Assembly (NCBI GenBank): GCA_002269645.1
Contig: NIVC01004405.1
Location: 1-46,981 of the forward strand
From: Macrostomum lignano
Lineage: Eukaryota
Direction of reading: 5' to 3'
DNA length: 46,981 bases
Numbering within the stretch: the stretch's first letter is position 1; every line of letters starts with the position of its first letter. A model generated the notes under the pieces. That model did not search any database and was not told where the DNA came from. It saw nothing but the letters and a program-made list of their open reading frames with translations. This document shows positions 11,963-21,668 of the stretch, in pieces. The position numbers were made by a program, and so were the translations under genes.

Positions 11963-12513
11963 CAGGGGTCGGCAAGCCCCCTTCGGGGGGAGAAGTGGAG
12001 AGAGGAGAGGGGAGGAGATGAGAGAGGAGAGGGGAGGAGATGAGAGAGGAGAGGGGACGAGATGAGAGAGGAGAGGGGAGGAGATGAGAGAGGAGAGGGG
12101 AGGAGATGAGAGAGGGGAGGGGAGAGAGGAGAAGGGAGGAGATGAGAGAGGGGAGGGGAGAGAGGAGAAGGGATGAGATGAGAGAGGGAGGGGAGAGAGG
12201 AGAAGGGAGGAGATGAGAGAGGGGAGGGGAGGAGATGAGAGAGGGGAGGGGAGAGAGGAGAAGGGAGGAGATGAGAGAGGGGAGGGGAGGAGATGAGAGA
12301 GGGGAGGGGAGGAGATGAGAGAGGAGAGGGGAGGAGATGAGAGAGGAGAGGTGAGGAGATGAGAGAGGAGAGGGGAGGATATGAGAGAGGGAAGGAGAGA
12401 AAAGAAGAGATGAGACACAAGCCTTGAGCTGCTCGGATTGCTATTCTGAAGTATCAAAGGACCCGAGGCCCAGATAGAGGCTTCGCGAGCCGGAGTTTGC
12501 AAGCCGACCCCTG
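11963..12513 (-). mobile_element. hAT/Charlie-like MITE copy C (inverted) with ~430-bp GA tract
   Basis: Perfect 11-bp TIRs CAGGGGTCGGC/GCCGACCCCTG; 8-bp TSD GCTTAGAG/GGTTAGAG (7/8 match). Confidence 0.9.
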
Positions 12514-12805
12514 GGTTAGAGGGTGTTAGCTGTTGCTGAGCATAAAAAGTGCTCACAGGGGAATTTTTCTCATCAAAGGAAACAAGTGCTATTTCTTAGA
12601 AGTTCTGTGAGACCGAAGATGAAGAAATGGGGTTCTTGCTACATAGTTGGCATCTCTGAAACCAACGAAAATGTCTGGTTTGGGGTGGATACAGAGCAGC
12701 TCACCGGTGACTTGTCTGACTTTCGCGGCAAAGTACGAGCTAACCTCTGCGTTTGATTCCGTGTGCAGTTGCATTAAGTTGAATTGCATCGTGCTCGAAA
12801 ATGGG

Positions 12806-12960
12806 TGCGGCCCGCGAAGCCTCTATCTGGCGGCCCTTGGGTCTTTGAACTACACAATGGCAATCCGGCCCGCTAAATTTTTGTGTCTCTTCTGGGCTCT
12901 CTTTTAAGTTCTCTCCTCTCCTGCTCTCTTCTCTCTTCTCTCATCTTTATCTGGTCCTTG
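12806..12960 (+). mobile_element. partial Charlie-like MITE copy D with short CT tract
   Basis: TGCGGCCCGCGAAGCCTCTATCTGG and CAATGGCAATCCGGCCCGCT match copies A-C; TIRs missing. Confidence 0.65.
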
Positions 12961-13813
12961 AGGTCTGGGGCCTCGACATGCCGTTCCCGTCCATTAGGTC
13001 CACCCCCCCCCCCAAGGCACGCACCTCCGAACTACGTAGATTTAAGGCTTACAGTACATGAACAATGTTTACCTCTAAGCAGAGCCTGACGGTCTATTCG
13101 TTAGAAGTTTAATTTTCACACCAGCTCTTGTTGTTCAATAAAGCACTGCAACAATCTTTCTATAAATGCCAAATCAAAATGCGGTCTGTTATGCTGCAGA
13201 ATTGACTGCATGTTTTCTGTAATAATGTTTCACACGCAGCCAAAGTTATAATAAGATAAATAATGCGCGATCCAATGCAGGAATTTGCGCAGATGAAGCC
13301 GCTTAGCTTATACTTCAGTAATTTATGATTCAACCCGGCTTCACTCGTGCTGAAAATTTCCTGATTTCCTGCAAAGATTTCCAAGCTAGCAGTAGTACTG
13401 AATCTCGCATTTCGTTTGAATATACACTAAACACGTTGTTAACGAGAACTTTCTATAAACTTATTACAATAATTTATTACAATATCAATAATGTAATTCT
13501 TGATGCGACACTTCTATCAATTATGCTAGCTTGAATATTGTTTGGATGATATTATATACCGGTAGCTGTTAAACTAGACTGACACTTGCGAGACTCCGGT
13601 TTGAACTGGCGTTGAACTCGGAACACATTTCGCTGCTTCACCAGACAGGCACGTGATCGTTCAAGTTAACTGAGGGAGAGAATCTAGAAAGGGTGAGAAA
13701 AACTCCATCTTACGCTTTGGTCCAATCTGCATGCACTGCGTGACTTCTCTCTCGCATAAACAGATTTCTAGCCCTGCAAAGTAGCTTTGCCAACCCCCTC
13801 ATGTGGGGGCATG

Positions 13814-13853
13814 TATAAAGCCAACTGGACCTAAGGTGCGACTTTCGTCACTT
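13814..13853 (+). promoter_or_regulatory. putative TATA box and initiator of the thymosin gene
   Basis: TATAAAG at 13814 and Inr-like TCACTT at 13848. A plausible 5'UTR intron follows: GTAAG at 13916 to CTAATTGAAG at 14078. Confidence 0.5.
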
Positions 13854-14089
13854 TCGCCCGCCGTTGTAGCTTTTAACTAATTCAGCCAAGTGTTTTTATA
13901 CCGGCTTGCAAAGCGGTAAGCGTAGCTTGTTGCTAAACTCTGCAGCCTACCAAGTTGTCTATGGTGAAAAGCTGAGTTGACGTTGACCTCAAACTTTTTT
14001 ATTTGCCTTCACTTGAGCACTGATTTGAACAAACAGAATCAACTCTAATAACAAATAACCCCTCTATTCTAATTGAAGTTCGAGTCACC

Positions 14090-14359
14090 ATGTCCACCTC
14101 TGAGGAAGCCAAGCCCGAGTTCCTGTCCGACGTCAGCAAATTCAACACGGAAAAGTTGAAGAAAGTCGAATCTCTGGACAAGACGGTGCTGCCGAGCGCT
14201 GAACAAGTTGAGCAGGAGAAACGCGAGGTCAGCCTTCGAGAGGAGATTGAGAAGGGCACCGAGCTGAAGCATGTCGAGGTGCAGGAGAAGACCGTCTTGC
14301 CGTCCAAGGAGGAAATCGAAGAGGAGAAGAAGCGTCAGTCGCAGGGTGACAGTTCGTGA
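14090..14359 (+). CDS. two-repeat beta-thymosin / WH2 actin-binding protein (89 aa)
   Basis: Two repeats LKKVESLDKTVLPSAEQVEQEK and LKHVEVQEKTVLPSKEEIEEEK; Kozak-like ACCATG; GC-rich codons; TGA stop. Confidence 0.92.
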   Translation: MSTSEEAKPEFLSDVSKFNTEKLKKVESLDKTVLPSAEQVEQEKREVSLREEIEKGTELKHVEVQEKTVLPSKEEIEEEKKRQSQGDSS

Positions 14360-14532
14360 TTGCGTGCTGTCTGCTTTCTGATGACTGCCCCCTCTCTGTC
14401 TTGGCATAAATTCCAACGACAAATTACTGCTCTCCAAACCTTCCTAAGTAATGATCTGTTTGTGTAACTGATTGGTTGCCGGCTTCTTAACTAATCAAGC
14501 AATTTCATTAATCAGCGTTAGTAAAGCTATTT

Positions 14533-14574
14533 AATAAATTCATAAAACGATAATAACAAAAAATACGCTAATAA
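14533..14574 (+). terminator. polyadenylation signals (AATAAA x2) of the thymosin gene
   Basis: AATAAA at 14533 and ~14569, about 175-210 nt after the stop. Confidence 0.55.
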
Positions 14575-14792
14575 ACTGGTACCTTCAACAACTAAGTGTT
14601 TCTCATATAGTTGTTTCTTACAACCAGTGAGATTGTTTTTTTCGTGACTTACTCGTATTTCTGCTGAGCATGTCGAAGTTCAATTAGAAATGAACGGAGC
14701 GGAAATGAAATTGTAATAAAGTTTTTTCCTGGAATCTTTTGCTTTTCATAGCTCGTACGGAGCAAAATAGTGAAAGAAGAATTTATTTGTTG

Positions 14793-15137
14793 CACCCAAA
14801 GAGTATTGAGGTCGCCTGGTATAGAGTGCCAATAAGGATGAAAAGCTGAAGCCGATTTTTAGAATCCACCCACCCCCTCCGGTCACCAAGCTTTTTAGTC
14901 TATGGCACAAGTTGTGGCTAGAATGGTGTACAAAGCCGATGCTCAGAAAGCTGAGTGTTCTAAGTGTGAAATGTCTTATATTTCTGAGCATCGGCTTTGT
15001 ACACCATTCTAGCCACAACTTGTGCCATAGACTAAAAAGCTTGGTGACCGGAGGGGGTGGGTGGATTCTAAAAATCGGCTTCAGATTTTCATCCTTATTG
15101 GCACTCTATACTAGGCGACCTCAATACTCTTTGGTTG
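14793..15137. mobile_element. foldback/MITE-like near-perfect inverted repeat (~157-bp arms, ~31-bp spacer)
   Basis: 14797-14950 is the near-perfect reverse complement of ~14980-15134; mirrored ORFs 14746-15018(-) and 14912-15172(+); TSD unclear. Confidence 0.85.
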
Positions 15138-15406
15138 AACCCTACCTATATACTTTTCATTTCGACCGTTAAAATTCGAAAGACCAATAGCATCATACTA
15201 CTTATAAATGTAAGTAGCAAAAGATAATTTGCTTTAACCTCCGTGGCGCTTCGTAACCTCCGAGGCAGAACTTAAAAACTATGAACTAACAGACTGGAAC
15301 TAGCAGTTTTTTAGCAAAACTCTGGCAGTTTCCTAAAATCTGCACATGGACGTAAGGAATGCGTGCTTATCGCATCGCATCGCCAGTGAGTTCATCAGTA
15401 TGCTCT

Positions 15407-15445
15407 CACAGATACTAGAATAATTATAGTTATCTAGTATCTGTG
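15407..15445. mobile_element. 39-bp minimal derivative of hAT family 2 (fused TIRs only)
   Basis: CACAGATACTAGAATAATTATAGTTATCTAGTATCTGTG flanked by perfect 8-bp TSD TATGCTCT (15399-15406, 15446-15453). Confidence 0.9.
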
Positions 15446-16851
15446 TATGCTCTCGAAAAGATGGAGTTCTCTCGACCGAATTCGTCTATGGCGAAACCCC
15501 ATTTCATTCTCCAGAGCATGCGACAAAAATCCGTTCCGTACCGACCTCCAGTTCATTTCTAAGAAAACTGAGAGTATCGTCCATCTACACAATTCAGTTG
15601 TCTCATGCCTCTGTGACGTTGTCAGTTTAAGTAGCCCCGCCAAGGGCCGTTTTGACATACGGTACCAAGTACCAAGTAGTCTGTTTAAAGTAGTACCCTA
15701 AGAATTTTAATCAGCTGCGTACATTTGTAAAGCTTGCGTACAGTGCGCGATCGATAATTTCTGTTTTGTTTTTTCCAGCCGGCCAATAGAATAGCCGCGC
15801 ATTAATTATACTAAGTTCTCTTCCTGCCTCACTCCGCCAGGGTTCTAGACCACGCCTCTGCCACTCTCAGTCACACCACTCCTACTGTCTGTTCGAACTC
15901 TCACTACGAGCACCGCCACCGTACGTTCACCGCCATCATCTCGTCGCCACTGCCTCAAATCATCGACCCACTCTGCCTTCTACTATCTAACTCATTGTTG
16001 TGTAGCCGCCGGTGCATCGTTACGAATCCAACTTGTATTTTGACCTGTCTCTGTTGACAATAACAACTGTTCCAATAAACCAAGTCTGCGGCCATTGATC
16101 GCATTAACTGATATTATTGCCAAGTGCTACCGCTACAAAATTGCCTCTTCCGTATTCATTGCCTTCGCTGATTATTCTCGAGGCCGCCACATTAACCTGA
16201 GATCTTTTGAAGCCAGCATGATTGGTAAATCAACATCCAATAAAACAGACATAACCAAATTTATGTTACTAAATAATTCCTTGCAGTGACTCTAGCGACT
16301 CTGGGGGCGATTCTTGTGACTTGAACGACTCAAACACCCGCGTCTAATGCGACGAAGAGGCGACTGTTGGGACACTAAGCGCGTCACGTCAGGTGTAGAG
16401 TCGTAAAATAGTCTCGAAAGAGTCGTCCAAGAATCGTTATGTTGGCGCTTAACTTTCTACTAACTCAGTAGGCTAGTTAGTGCTTCCAACACAACTCCAA
16501 CCAGTAACTCTACGGCGACTGTAGCACGCCTCAAATAAGACTCTACTCTGGGACGCTTCTTGGCCTAGGAACCGTTTTCATCGGGTTAGTCTGGCTCTGC
16601 ATGGTCCCATTTTGGAGTGTTCTAAAAAACGCTTGAAGCAAAAAGTCTGACAATCTGCAAGGCATGGAGGTTTAGAGGTATGAACAGTTATGGGGGAACT
16701 TGAGGGCAGGCGAGGTAAGTGAGGTAACACTGTCGATTTAATGCTGAAAAACAGAAAACTTTCTATATGTCCAATGCTTTAAACATTAGTTTGTTTATGT
16801 TCAAGTATTGTTCGTATGGAATTCTTGACGGTGGCTTCAGACACCATCAGA

Positions 16852-17139
16852 TCAGATGCTGGACTCTCGAATTGTGAACTCCACTGAGCCGGACGTTCGA
16901 CTGCACTTTTCCGCGCCGACAGCAGCGGAACCAGAGGACAATCCTTGACTGTCAGCTGTGGCAGCGGCGGTGGCTTCCAGAATCTGTTGGGGCAGCTTTG
17001 TTGGCAAGCTGTTCCGGCTGCTGCTGTTGACTCTCTGCCAGACGCCTTCGCCAGTTGTCGGCGTTGATGATGAGTCGCCTGTCGATGGGTGGCGACCGCC
17101 TGTTGTAGGAATATATGAGCTGGCACTTAAGGTTGGTTT
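16852..17139 (-). CDS. candidate terminal coding exon of an unidentified gene (Ser/Thr-rich, ends ...EFTIRESSI*)
   Basis: Acceptor TTTCTATGCACAG, 288-nt phase-0 open frame, GC-rich, ATTAAA ~110 nt downstream; no family recognised. Confidence 0.4.
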   Translation of the reverse strand, partial: KPTLSASSYIPTTGGRHPSTGDSSSTPTTGEGVWQRVNSSSRNSLPTKLPQQILEATAAATADSQGLSSGSAAVGAEKCSRTSGSVEFTIRESSI

Positions 17140-17171
17140 CTGTGCATAGAAATGAGCCCGTGTCAATAACT

Positions 17172-18256
17172 GTGGATAGAACTAGACAGATGGATGAGAT
17201 TAGAACTAGACAGATGGATGAGATTAGAATTACACAGATAGATGAGATTAGAACTAAACAGATGGATGAGATTAGAACTACACAAATGGATGAGATTAGA
17301 ACTACACAGATGGTCGAGATTAAAACTACATGAATGGATGAGATTAGAGCTACACAGATGGTCGAGATTAGAACTACACAAATGGATGAGATTACAACTA
17401 CACAGATGGATGAGATTAGAGCTACACAGATGGATGAGATTAGAACTACACAGATGGATGAGATTAGAACTACACAGATGGATGAGATTAGAACTAGACA
17501 GATGGATGAGATTAGAACTACATGAATGGATGATATTAGAACTACACAAATGGATGAGATTAGAACTACACAGATGGATGAGATTAGAACTACACAGATG
17601 GATGAGATTAGAACTACACAAATGGATGAGATTAGAACTACACAGATGGATGAGATTAGAACTACACAAATGGATGAGATTAGAACTACACAGATGGATG
17701 AGATTAGAACTACATGAATGGATGATATTAGAACTACACAAATGGATGAGATTAGAACTACACAGATGGATGAGATTAGAACTACACAAATGGATGAGAT
17801 TAGAACTACACAGATGGATGAGATTAGAACTACACAGATGGATGAGATTAGAACTACACAGATGGATGAGATTAGAACTACACAGATGGATGAGATTAGA
17901 ACTACACAAATGGATGAGATTAGAACTACACAGATGGATGAGATTAGAACTACATGAATGGATGAGATTAGAACTACACAAATGGATGAGATTAGAACTA
18001 CACAAATGGATGAGATTAGAACTAGACAGATGGATGAGATTAGAACTACACAGATGGATGAGATTAGAACTACACAGATGGATGAGATTAGAACTACACA
18101 AATGGATGAGATTAGAACTAGACAGATGGATGAGATTAGAACTACATGAATGGATGAGATTAGAACTACACAAATGGATGAGATTAGAACTAGACAGATG
18201 GATGAGATTAGAACTAGACAGATGGATGAGATTAGAACTAGACAGATGGATGAGAT
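17172..18256. repeat. 21-bp minisatellite (GATGAGATTAGAACTACACAG/A-type)n
   Basis: Direct reading; generates the spurious MRLELHRW and MDEIRTTQ ORFs. Confidence 0.95.
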
Positions 18257-18732
18257 AGACACAAGGAAATCAGATGAAGTCTTCTTGTACTTCTTAAAAA
18301 GCTTATTTCAAAACTTAATACGGGCATTTAAAATCGAATAAATGCAACTCACCTGAACTGTTGCTAGTGAACGACTGCGACATTTAAACTGCACTCACAA
18401 ATGTTCTCTAGTCTTGCTGCACTGGTTTGTTTTTGCTAATACTCTGCATTATGGCCGAAATATGCTATTTTTGTTGACATTGCATTCTGGGTTGAGATGT
18501 TTTCCGACAGTGCCAGCAAGTCTCCTCATTGGCTGGGGAGGCCTAGGAGCAGAAATATAGCGATGGGGGAAGAGAGATAAGGAAACTGGACTTTGGGATT
18601 TGCTGAAGGTTTTTCTCATTACAAGATGGAGAATGCTGATTAAGAAGCCTCTGATTGATAATGATAATGATAATAATTTGATAATAATGGGTCCATGAGC
18701 ACTGCTCGAAATCACTACGACCATCATCGGCT

Positions 18733-20165
18733 TACAGACACTGAGAAGAGATGGAAGTGTCTACCTTGACTACCTACAGACACTGGGGAGAGATGGAAGT
18801 GTCTACCTTGACTACCTACAGACACTAGGTAGAGATGGAAGTGTCTACCTTGACTACCTACAGACACTGGGGAGAGATGGAAGTGTCTACCTTGACTACC
18901 TACAGACACTAGGGAGAGATGGAAGTGTCTACCTTGACTACCTACAGACACTAGGGAGAGATGGAAGTGTCTACCTTGACTACCTACAGACACTAGGGAG
19001 AGATGGAAGTGTCTACCTTGACTACCTACAGACACTGGGGAGAGATGGAAGTGTCTACCTTGACTACCTACAGACACTGAGAAGAGATGGAAGTGTCTAC
19101 CTTGACTACCTACAGACACTGGGGAGAGATGGAAGTGTCTACCTTGACTACCTACAGACACTGGGGAGAGATGGAAGTGTCTACCTTGACTACCTACAGA
19201 CACTAGGGAGAGATGGAAGTGTCTACCTTGACTACCTACAGACACTGGGGAGAGATGGAAGTGTCTACCTTGACTACCTACAGACACTAGGGAGAGATGG
19301 AAGTGTCTACCTTGACTACCTACAGACACTAGGGAGAGATGGAAGTGTCTACCTTGACTACCTACAGACACTGGGGAGAGATGGAAGTGTCTACCTTGAC
19401 TACCTACAGACACTAGGGAGAGATGGAAGTGTCTACCTTGACTATCTACAGACACTGAGAAGAGATGGAAGTGTCTACCTTGACTACCTGCAGACACTAG
19501 GGAGAGATGGAAGTGTCTACCTTGACTACCTACAGACACTAGGGAGAGATGGAAGTGTCTACCTTGACCATCTACGGACACTGAGGAGAGATGGAAATGT
19601 CTACCTTGACTACCTACAGACACTGGGGAGAGATGGAAGTGTCTACCTTGACTATCTACAGACACTGAGAAGAGATGGAAGTGTCTACCTTGACTACCTA
19701 CAGACACTAGGGAGAGATGGAAGTGTCTACCTTGACTACCTACAGACACTAGGGAGAGATGGAAGTGTCTACCTTGACTATCTACAGACACTGAGGAGAG
19801 ATGGAAGTGTCTACCTTGACCATCTACGGACACTGAGGAGAGATGGAAATGTCTACCTTGACTACCTACAGACACTGGGGAGAGATGGAAGTGTCTACCT
19901 TGACTATCTACAGACACTGAGAAGAGATGGAAGTGTCTACCTTGACTACCTACAGACACTAGGGAGAGATGGAAGTGTCTACCTTGACTACCTACAGACA
20001 GTACGGAGAGATGGAAGTGTCTACCTTGACTACCTACAGACACTGAGGAGAGATGGAAGTGTCTACCTTGACTATCTACGGACACTGGGGAGAGATGGAA
20101 GTGTCTACCTTGACCATCTACGGACACTGAGGAGAGATAGAAATGTCTACCTTGACTACCTACAG
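18733..20165. repeat. 42-bp minisatellite (~34 units) with an internal hairpin in each unit
   Basis: Unit GACTACCTACAGACACTAGGGAGAGATGGAAGTGTCTACCTT; stem AGACACT/AGTGTCT. Confidence 0.95.
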
Positions 20166-20784
20166 CCGATAATGCAGCACAGAAATAGATTTCTCAGACC
20201 TGGAAAGCGGTTAGTCGAAAGATCAAATTCGATTTTTTTCATGCAGCCGTAAATGCAAAAAAATCCGGCCTGAAAACCGACACTAAGTCGCCCGCAGCGC
20301 TCTGCCTCACAGGAAGATTCACCATCTTCTTCCGGCAGCTGCAGAATCTTCTTCAGGAAATGCCGGCAGGCGATGGCAGCTGAGCTCCTCCTTGCTGGAT
20401 GTGAAGAAGTGTCACCTGACTCAAAGCATTCAGCCTTTTGCGCTGAGATTTCTTGACTCTCCTGACAGAAATCTTCTCTTCTCTCAAAAGGAGAAAGGAT
20501 TTGCACTTTTAACACAAATTTTCTCTCGATTTTCTTCTTTTTCCCGGTATTGAAGAAAGCATTTGCTAACGCAGATAATTTCGATAATCATACAGACTGC
20601 AAGCTTCTCTGGTAATAAAATGTTTTTCTTTCTTACAAGACTTAATAAGCAGTAGAAACTGACAGATCCAAGGCGACCGGTGTTATGCGATGATTTAAAC
20701 TTTAACCTTTGACCTTTGACCTTTGACCTTTGAATCACTGTCAGCTTCATTAGACTCTTAAGACTTTTTGATATGGGATTTAAA

Positions 20785-21220
20785 AGATCTAGATCAAGCA
20801 GATACTGATCTAGAAGATACTGATCTAAAAAATACTGATCTAGAAGATACTGATCTAGATGATACTGATCTAGAAGATACTGATCTAGAAGATACTGATC
20901 TAGAAGATATTGATCTAGAAGATGCTGATCTAGAAGATACTGATCTAGAAGATACTGATCTAGAAGATACTGATCTAGAAGATACTGATCTAGAAGATAC
21001 TGATCTAGAAGATACTGATCTAGAAGATACTGATCTAGAAGATTATCCAGATCTAGAAGATTGTAATCAAGAAGATTTAGATCTAGAAGATCCAGATCTA
21101 TAAGATCAGATCTAGAAGATTCAGATCTAGAGGATCCAGATCTAGAAGATTCAGATCTAAAAGACCCAGATCTAGAAGATCAATATCTAGAGGATCAGAT
21201 CTAGAAGGTTCTAATCTAGA
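20785..21220. repeat. 15-bp minisatellite (GATACTGATCTAGAA)n
   Basis: Direct reading; gives the DTDLE-repeat ORF. Confidence 0.92.
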
Positions 21221-21560
21221 GTGATATAAAAATTGTTTGTCAATTTCTAGATCGGGCAATTCATTAATTTATCTGCATTCACACGCTGCACAATAACCAA
21301 GGCCGAATCTGTCCCCACGGGACACAGCCGCCTGTTGCAATCAGAGAGCCACAAAATTCAATCTCCCTCCATCAGTTCTCCCTCTTGGGTCGATGAGTCT
21401 TTTAAGAAAGACCAGCGGACTGAATTTAATCCATCCAGTCCGCCCAAGGACTCACGCCTCACCACTCATCAGCCTCTAATTTTAATCCAATCCATGTTTG
21501 CCTGGTCGGACTCTTTCCTCCATATTCTAGCCTCTTTTCAAGGTGAAGGAGAACAAGACA

Positions 21561-21668
21561 CATGGATGAGATTAGAACTACACAGATGGATGAGATTAGA
21601 AGTAGACAGATGGATGAGATTAGAAGTAGACAGATGGATGAGATTAGAACTAGACAGATGGATGAGAT
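21561..21668. repeat. short second array of the 21-bp minisatellite
   Basis: Same unit and orientation as 17172-18256. Confidence 0.9.

Noticed and set aside
8999-12556. Long Ser/Pro/Leu-rich and Glu/Arg/Gly-rich ORFs (up to 461 aa)
   Set aside because: They are translations of stop-free (CTCTC)n tracts inside MITEs and are open in several frames on both strands.
16095-16289. Possible LINE RT remnant (VFIAFADYSRG resembling F.D..KAFD)
   Set aside because: Only one weak motif; no flanking RT blocks found.
16952-20127. 436-, 338- and 467-aa repeat ORFs (ISSICVVL, MRLELHRW, SQGRHFHL)
   Set aside because: Products of 21- and 42-bp minisatellites; variants are not biased to synonymous sites by eye and some frames carry stops.
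18733-20165. CRISPR-like look (palindromic repeats of ~40 bp)
   Set aside because: No unique spacers, no cas genes, eukaryotic context. The same applies to the arrays at 28680 and 31193.
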